Source: Macrostomum lignano (taxonomy: Eukaryota). From it: DNA of 64,000 nucleotides. Where the stretch lies: the NCBI GenBank assembly GCA_002269645.1, contig NIVC01000543.1, positions 186,001-250,000 of the forward strand, in the 5' to 3' direction. Shown here piece after piece: positions 58,301 through 64,000 of this stretch; the stretch's first letter is position 1; every line of letters starts with the position of its first letter. The position numbers and the translations under genes are program-made. A model generated the notes under the pieces. It was not told where the DNA came from. It saw only the letters and a program-made list of their open reading frames with translations, and searched no databases.

Positions 58301-61300
58301 TCGGCATAGCCCACCTTGAGAATGGGGTCGTGGAGATCACTGCAAAGCAACTCATCCATGACCATGTTCCAGAGAACGGGGGTGAGAACGCCGCCCTGGG
58401 GGCCCCCTTTCAGGACAGGCACCGAAAGAGAGCTGCCGCTCAGATGGGCCACAACAGTGCGGTTTCGGATCATGAACATGATCCACCGGACAAGGTGAGG
58501 GTGCGTGGCCCTGGATTCCAGGGCTCTGCAAAAGGCCTCGAAGATGACGTTGTCGAAGGCCCCCTCAATGTCCAGGAAAAGCGAGAGGGCAAAGCCGCTG
58601 CCAAGAACGGCCCTCTCCAGGAAGTCAACAATGACATGGAGAGCACTCTCGGTTGACCTGCCCGCGCGGAAGGCGTGCTGGTTCTGCGAGAGTGGGAAGC
58701 GCTTCAGCTCGACCGAAAGTAGGCGCCAAAGCACCAGTCTCTCGAGGAGCTTGAGGCAGAAAGAAGTGAGGCTGATAGGCCTGAAGGCCTTCACCGATTG
58801 GTAGTCGCTCTTTCCAGGCTTGGGGATAAAGACCACCCGGGCCTCTCTCCATGCAACTGGTACATAGCCCAGCTCCACACAAGCTCGAAGGAGACGACAG
58901 AGCAGGTCCAGGAAGCGGTGGTTTTTCACCGCCTCGTGCAAGAACGCTGGGTAGATGCCGTCGGGCCCAGGCGCCTTGAACGGGTTAAAGGACCTTGCCG
59001 CTCTAATAATGCGGTCTTTGGTGATCATAGACTTTGCTAGGCCTTGCCCTCCCACTGTGTGGTCGGGCGGGCCCTGCTGAGTCGGAGATTTAGGGAAAAA
59101 ACTGCTGAGCATGAGCTCTAGAGTCTCTTCCGAACTCTCTGTGACCGAGCCGTCAGGTCTCTTCACAACAGAGAGTTTAGAAAAACGGTCATTAGTGAGT
59201 GCCTTAACCACGCGGGCTACGGGGCGAGAGCCCTCAAGCCCTTCGCAATATTGGCGCCACTTGGCCGTCTTGGCCCTTCTGACTTGGCCCTTAAACTCGT
59301 GGATCGCACGGGTATAGGCCTCTCTGTCAGATGGGTCTTTGGTTTTGAGCGCTCGCCTTTGGAGGGTCCTGGCTCGGCGTCGAAGGGCCCCGAGCTCTGG
59401 GTTCCACCAGGGAGCAGATTTCTTGCCTTTATAGGCCTTTAGGGGGCAGGCTGCTTCAAAGGCAGTGGTGATCGCCCCGCCCAGGGAGGAGGCGAGATCG
59501 TCCACCACCTGGCAGTCAGAGAGGTCACTGGGGGGGTCAAGATCCCGAAGGCCGCGGCTCAGCTTCGAGCCAAAGGCGGCCCAATCGGTGTTCCTGACGT
59601 TCCGACTCCAAGTGACCTTAGGCTTTTGCTTGGTCGGCCCAATGCAAAAGCGGATAAAGCGGTGGTCCGAGAGCGAGTCCTCGTCCCACACTCGCCAGCC
59701 CGTAACTGCGGAAAGCAGTCCGGGTGAGGCGATGGTGGTGTCGATGACTTCGGCCCACCGCCCATTATTGAACGTTGGTGCATTGCCCACGTTACAGAAG
59801 TTGAGGTTAGTGCTGCTGACATAGGCCAGCAGCTCCTCGCCTCTGCTATTGATGTTCTTGCTGCCCCAATGCAGGTGGTGTGCGTTCACATCCCCTGCAA
59901 TGAGCAGCTCGAACCGATGGGACGCAGCATAGTCAGTAAGGTTGACTAACGCGTCGCAGACAACTGGGGCATCGCCCGGGAAATAGGCAGAAGCTACCAG
60001 CACAGGTTTATTGGGAATGAGGTTATTGATTTGAACAACACAGATGTCCCCAGTCGAGAGATCAGGTCTCATCCATGCCTCAAAAGCTTTTGCAGCAAAG
60101 ACCAGAGATCTTGGGCGAGGCTGAGAGCCCGCCATGCAAAAACAGTGGTAGCCAGATGGCACATTATTTGGCTTACCTTTAGTCATCCAGGGCTCCTGTA
60201 CGAAGACCAGGCCCGGAAGCTGTTGCTCTGCCGTGCGCATCAGGTTGACCGACGCCGCCACGCAGTGCTGGGTGTTGATCTGCAGACACCAGGTAGTCGC
60301 TGGCATCATTGCAGATCGGATGTTGCAGCCGCCAGGAGTTCCTCCTCCTCCTCGGCGCTCACCGGCTTCGGGTCGGGGTCGCCGGTGTCCATGGGCTCTT
60401 CTTCAGCAAAAGGCCCCGATTGGCCGGAAGGCAGTAGGCAGCGTTCGCCGCCCTTTGCCCACCATCCATGGGGTCCTCCGCCTCAGATTGGCCCAATGCC
60501 CTGGAGCAGCCAGCCGCCTGGGCAGGCGGGTCCGTCTCCAGTCGGCCCTGCCCCGAGGGGTTGGGCCCAGCTGGGACGTCCCCACCCTCCCTGGACGAAC
60601 TGGTGCGCCTAGGCGTCCCGGCGACCTCTCGCCTCAGCTGGGAGATTTTGGCGGTACGGACTGCCTCAGCTGCGCGCTGGTACAGGCCGCGCCGCTTGGT
60701 GCTGCGCGCCGGGCGTCGGTCGCCTCCGCCCTCAGCAGCGCGCTCAGCTTTGCCCGCGCGGCCGTGCTGCCGGGCAGGGCGGTTTGCTTTGGCAGTCTGA
60801 GCAGAGGCTTGCGCCTCGGCCCCGGCCGCCTCCGCATCCCGCCCGCCCTGCTCACTGCCACGGGGAGGGTCGGCCTCGTAGGAGCGGATGCGCAGCTTCC
60901 AAAGGCCGACGTTGATGAAGCTGCCGTGTGGATAACGCCTCATCCAGGCGTCCGACAGCCCCAGGATGGCTGTGAAGCCAGTGCCGTCGGTGCGCTTAAG
61001 GGTGTCATGCACCACTAGGCCCGCGGCGGGAAGCTCCCGGTTGACTGCTAGCAGTCCTTTCCGGAGCTCGTCAGCAGAGGTAACAACGCTCCTGGCCGGG
61101 ACCCAGATTCGATGCCTCTTGGTCCGGGGGCGCTCGTCCTCTCTGCAGAAGGCTAGGTTGAGGTCCCAGCTCTGCTCGGGCAGCAGCTCAAGGAGCCGCC
61201 GACCCGAGTCAGCATCACTGGGCCAAATGAGAAGGCACGAGTCCCTCGTCGCATTCGAATGAATGTTCAGAGGCGTGCCCTCCAGAGTTTGCTTCCACAG

Positions 61301-64000
61301 GAGGCCATCAACGGCACTTCTCACCTGCTTCAGCTGATCGGGAGACAGGCGCGCGTCCTTTCCCAGGATGACAACCGCCGGTTGCCTCTTTGCCGCATCA
61401 GCGTAGGAGGCCCGGGGGTCAGTGGAGCTTTCTTCAGGTGGGCTGTCCACCCTCCCGGCTGCATCGGCCTCCCTATCCTGGGCAGGGGCTTCCGTGGGCT
61501 CGAGGCCCTCTTCCGCCACCGCCCCAGACTGGGAAGCTTCCGCTGCCGCGGGCCGTTGGCCCCTGGCACCGGTTTGGCTTCCGCCCTCCTTGGCCCGCCT
61601 CGCCTTGTTAAGTCGACGGCGGGCAGCTCCAGAGGTGGTGCTGCGTTTCTTAGCAGCTGGAGTAGCAGGTGTCTTCTCGGAGGCACCGCTCAGAGTTGGC
61701 TCCACGGGTCTCGCCGAGGCGTCCCCGATGGTAGCAGGTGGTATGGCCGAGGAGTCCACGGCCCCAGCCGAGGCCGGAGGCACTGTGTCATCCACAGCCG
61801 GTTTGTTACTTCGGTTAGAAGCCATTGGCTGGAAGTAAAAAGGTGGGACTTCCTGCAGAACACAGGCAAAGAGCCGCAAGGCCGCAACCCCAAACCAAGC
61901 GGCAGGCCCCCAAAAAGCAAAATACCACCCTGCGGGGGACCCAAAAGCGCAAGGGGAACCGTTAGCGACCAGACTACTCCCTGGCCAAGCGTCCATCAGC
62001 ACGGAGTTACACTGGGACATTAGAGGGTGCGTTTATGGTCACACCAGGACCCGGCGCCAACGAATCAGCTCGGCAGGGCCCAAGGGGGCCTGCCTTAACA
62101 CCCACGGGACGAGTACCCTTCGAAGTGCGCCTTGCAAGGTGAAAATCAGGAGACAGAGTCTCTTGAGCTATCAGCCCGCCAGGGGAGGCAGGTGTGAGCA
62201 TCGCTGGCTGGGATAAAGGCCATACCAGTCTCATACTGCACAGATAGTTCACCACGCCATTACGTGCAGGACCCGGGGTCCTGGGGGCAACAGCCCCGGC
62301 AATACGCTCAGTGGGAATGCTATGGGAACAGCATCAGCAGAATACGCTCAGTGGGAATGCTATGGGAACAGCATCAGCAGAATACGCTCAGTGGGAATGC
62401 TATGGGAACAGCATCAGCAGAATACGCTCAGTGGGAATGCTATGGGAACAGCATCAGCAGAATACGCTCAGTGGGAATGCTATGGGAACAGCATCAGCAG
62501 AATACGCTCAGTGGGAATGCTATGGGAACAGCATCAGCAGAATACGCTCAGTGGGAATGCTATGGGAACAGCATCAGCAGAATACGCTCAGTGGGAATGC
62601 TATGGGAACAGCATCAGCAGAATACGCTCAGTGGGAATGCTATGACAACAGCATCAGCAGAATACGCTCAGTGGGAATGCTATGGGAACAGCATCAGCAG
62701 AATACGCTCAGTGGGAATGCTATGGGAACAGCATCAGCAGAATACGCTCAGTGGGAATGCTATGACAACAGCATCAGCAGAATACGCTCAGTGGGAATGC
62801 TATGGGAACAGCATCAGCAGAATACGCTCAGTGGGAATGCTATGGGAACAGCATCAGCAGAATACGCTCAGTGGGAATGCTATGGGAACCGCATCAGCAG
62901 AATACGCTCAGTGGGAATGCTATGGGAACAGCATCAGCAGAATACGCTCAGTGGGAATGCTATGGGAACCGCATCAGCAGAATACGCTCAGTGGGAATGC
63001 TATGGGAACAGCATCAGCAGAATACGCTCAGTGGGAATGCTATGGGAACCGCATCAGCAGAATACGCTCAGTGGGAATGCTATGGGAACCGCATCAGCAG
63101 AATACGCTCAGTGGGAATGCTATGGGAACCGCATGAAAAGAGGACATCGTCACAGAACCCGTCTCGGCCGGGGCGCCGGCGTCAACCAACAGGCAGTCGA
63201 CGAAATGCCTGTCCTCACTGGTAGGGGAGCCTGTAGCGTCAGAAGCAGCAGCTCCTACACCAGCTGTGGGCAGTACGATTGGATGATGTGGCCTTCCAAC
63301 TGGAGTCGCTGATGGCACAAAAGGTCACTTGAACGGATCAAACCGTCGTCTTCTTGCTGTTTGAGCGGATCCGTCAGCATCCAAGAATATGTGGGAATAT
63401 AGGAAAAATTAGCTTTGATTGTGTATAAAATTATCAGTGCAAATAAATTGATTGGCAACACCGGTGACCAGTGATGCTGTGCTGGAATATTGGACTTCTT
63501 GCGTGGTTGTCTTGCTGTTTAGCAAACCGACCAGCTCACAGCCTTAACCGAGTTTTCATTTGTTTTTTAGCAATCATTTCAATTTGTCTTTCCGATCGAC
63601 TGTAAAGAAAATTGTTACCCTACCGTACCAACAGTTACTTGGGTGCCCGTTATCTCCTAAGCTCAGACTTTGATTTCTAACTTAATGCTGCTCACTGCCG
63701 CAGGTTCGTCCGGGTGTCGAACCGCATTAGAAAGTCGACCCGGTCTCTGGACTATTTCACCAGCCGGGAATGGGTGTTCAACAACACCAATGTGCTCAGC
63801 GCTATGGACCGAATGTCCCCGTCTGATAGGCTTGTGAGTTCGCTTGTATCCTGAGCAAAAGTGCTTGTTGTTCATTTATTAGAATTTCGCTCAAACTGAC
63901 TCGACCCGCAGGAGTTCGACTGCGACGCCTCTAAAGTAGATTGGCGCCTCTACCTTGAGCGCTACTGCACCGGCGTCAAGCAGTACGCGCTCAAAGAGGA
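52340..64000 (+). CDS. FAR1: Fatty acyl-CoA reductase (FAR1/2-like); exons 52340-52648, 53039-53362, 55162-55712, 63704-63833, 63912->64000 (3' end outside the window)
   Basis: TGITGFLGKVLLEKLL, VFHSAATVRFDE, VHVSTAY, NTYTFTK (YxxxK), IVRPSIV, PGWVDNFNGP, DIIPVD and YFTSREW motifs; all junctions are GT-AG with matching phase. The symbol is a family-level call. Confidence 0.95.
53385..54731 (+). repeat. FAR intron 2 minisatellite, 43-45 nt unit, about 30 copies, derived from the exon 2/intron 2 donor junction
   Basis: Unit gtgtgtgagcag-atgtgtacctgactctgttgtggataattggca aligns with the junction gtgcttgagcag|gtccgtgtccttgattctgttcatggataattggca. Confidence 0.92.
55806..56000. repeat. Minisatellite, 23-nt unit, about 8 copies
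   Basis: aaaatgtgtgtgactttggctct. Confidence 0.97.
56015..56496. repeat. 40-nt minisatellite, left half (about 12 copies)
   Basis: aacagcatcagcagaatacgctcagtgggaatgctatggg. Confidence 0.97.
56607..57160 (-). pseudogene. C-terminal part of LINE ORF2 (end of RNase H and CCHC finger), displaced by two 1-nt frameshifts
   Basis: GNERADLLAKAG continues WIPGHAGFP after a shift near 57160; ALSGHG...CPFCRSGSENAEHFICHCP follows a second shift near 56960. Confidence 0.8.
57067..60309 (-). CDS. LINE ORF2: AP endonuclease, reverse transcriptase and RNase H
   Basis: VQEPW, GDVNAHH, SDH (APE); KAPGPDG, RPISL, LDIEGAFD, PQGGVLTP, YADD (RT); YTDGS, EVLAI, SDSQAAL, WIPGH (RNase H). Confidence 0.96.
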   Translation of the reverse strand: MMPATTWCLQINTQHCVAASVNLMRTAEQQLPGLVFVQEPWMTKGKPNNVPSGYHCFCMAGSQPRPRSLVFAAKAFEAWMRPDLSTGDICVVQINNLIPNKPVLVASAYFPGDAPVVCDALVNLTDYAASHRFELLIAGDVNAHHLHWGSKNINSRGEELLAYVSSTNLNFCNVGNAPTFNNGRWAEVIDTTIASPGLLSAVTGWRVWDEDSLSDHRFIRFCIGPTKQKPKVTWSRNVRNTDWAAFGSKLSRGLRDLDPPSDLSDCQVVDDLASSLGGAITTAFEAACPLKAYKGKKSAPWWNPELGALRRRARTLQRRALKTKDPSDREAYTRAIHEFKGQVRRAKTAKWRQYCEGLEGSRPVARVVKALTNDRFSKLSVVKRPDGSVTESSEETLELMLSSFFPKSPTQQGPPDHTVGGQGLAKSMITKDRIIRAARSFNPFKAPGPDGIYPAFLHEAVKNHRFLDLLCRLLRACVELGYVPVAWREARVVFIPKPGKSDYQSVKAFRPISLTSFCLKLLERLVLWRLLSVELKRFPLSQNQHAFRAGRSTESALHVIVDFLERAVLGSGFALSLFLDIEGAFDNVIFEAFCRALESRATHPHLVRWIMFMIRNRTVVAHLSGSSLSVPVLKGGPQGGVLTPVLWNMVMDELLCSDLHDPILKVGYADDVTAICAGPSVDTIRDLLQGFLGRAERWADQCGLRLSESKTTAVMFTNKLLWTIKPLTLYGKNISMEKQVRCLGLTLDHRLNWTPHIQTKAKKALAVLAQIRRAVGTTWGLTPRKLWWIYTAIIRPSISYASLVWASGLSVKSNLDALYKIQGRACRMTMGAPPSTPFEGMNAFLCAPPLDIYIKGEAAKSTRRLLDAGVAFKKVRAFKKRSLIPHSDLCLKALEECGGLNILTDSIPATLLLSQRYKVTIQPRHEASDSWSDSEVHCYTDGSMRHGLSGFGACVFFKGEVVWSYSQHTGLNSSVFQSEVLAISSCAAELRRRQLSGRKFIFHSDSQAALRALCRSTASSRSVLDCNTQLNGLALGNQVELRWIPGHAGFPATSALTCWPRLAPPARYWGRARVPPSPPR
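60359..62020 (-). CDS. LINE ORF1 (gag-like, DUF4780-type pattern, no CCHC knuckle); the start may be the ATG at 61825
   Basis: 553-aa ORF immediately upstream of ORF2; basic low-complexity ends around a core with the RIWVP...N..L...G.TAILGLS pattern. Confidence 0.85.
   Translation of the reverse strand: MSQCNSVLMDAWPGSSLVANGSPCAFGSPAGWYFAFWGPAAWFGVAALRLFACVLQEVPPFYFQPMASNRSNKPAVDDTVPPASAGAVDSSAIPPATIGDASARPVEPTLSGASEKTPATPAAKKRSTTSGAARRRLNKARRAKEGGSQTGARGQRPAAAEASQSGAVAEEGLEPTEAPAQDREADAAGRVDSPPEESSTDPRASYADAAKRQPAVVILGKDARLSPDQLKQVRSAVDGLLWKQTLEGTPLNIHSNATRDSCLLIWPSDADSGRRLLELLPEQSWDLNLAFCREDERPRTKRHRIWVPARSVVTSADELRKGLLAVNRELPAAGLVVHDTLKRTDGTGFTAILGLSDAWMRRYPHGSFINVGLWKLRIRSYEADPPRGSEQGGRDAEAAGAEAQASAQTAKANRPARQHGRAGKAERAAEGGGDRRPARSTKRRGLYQRAAEAVRTAKISQLRREVAGTPRRTSSSREGGDVPAGPNPSGQGRLETDPPAQAAGCSRALGQSEAEDPMDGGQRAANAAYCLPANRGLLLKKSPWTPATPTRSR
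62301..63133. repeat. 40-nt minisatellite, right half (about 21 copies)
   Basis: Same unit and same variants (atgacaac, gaaccgc) as 56015-56496. Confidence 0.97.

Larger units (their letters stand above)
56497..62300 (-). mobile_element. Full-length (about 5.8 kb) LOA-type non-LTR retrotransposon in FAR intron 3, antisense to the host gene
   Basis: ORF1 plus ORF2 (APE-RT-RNase H-CCHC), both UTRs, short aagtcaagtaa 3' end. Repeat phase on both sides fits a 22-23 nt TSD aatacgctcagtgggaatgcta. Confidence 0.93.

Noticed and set aside
57204-61944. Numerous + strand and alternate-frame ORFs overlapping the LINE, and similar ones over Smaug, TTLL7 and DD3-3
   Set aside because: Shadow ORFs caused by high GC content opposite real coding sequence.
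62020-62300. HDV-like or hammerhead ribozyme in the LINE 5' UTR
   Set aside because: GCCGGGG/CCCCGGT gives a 7-bp stem with a G-U end, but I could not fit P2, P3/L3, P1.1 or the catalytic J4/2 C; CTGATAG does not match the hammerhead core. An Infernal or RNArobo search would settle it.
55995-63312. 40-nt arrays as a CRISPR locus or repeat proteins
   Set aside because: Units are contiguous with no unique spacers, there are no cas genes, the context is a eukaryotic intron, and the ORFs are repeat artefacts.

Overview
This is eukaryotic (animal) genomic DNA: GT-AG spliced genes with GC-rich exons and introns packed with 18-66 nt minisatellites. The style suggests a free-living flatworm such as Macrostomum, which is inference only. 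Recognisable genes are the 3' end of proteasome subunit PSMA2, a DD3-3-like secreted protein (4 exons), Smaug/SAMD4, an intronless TTLL7-type tubulin polyglutamylase, a PPP1R3 glycogen-targeting subunit and a fatty acyl-CoA reductase that runs off the right end. I also assembled by hand a 4-exon double Ly6/three-finger-like GPI protein, a divergent Shroom-like SD2/ASD2 gene and a 3-exon gene of unknown family. Mobile DNA includes a full-length 5.8 kb LOA-type LINE inserted in a 40-nt minisatellite, two truncated RTE-like LINE copies, three tRNA-derived SINE copies, mariner, IS630/Tc1 and DIRS-like relics, and several MITEs. The most striking unexplained pattern is that four intronic minisatellites are tandem amplifications of an exon-intron junction itself, giving 5-30 near-identical copies of a splice site. 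A second pattern is two sharply bounded, almost CpG-free blocks at the 5' ends of genes. There is no CRISPR array, rRNA or true tRNA gene. Copy numbers are hand counts, and single-base frameshifts in homopolymers may be sequencing errors.
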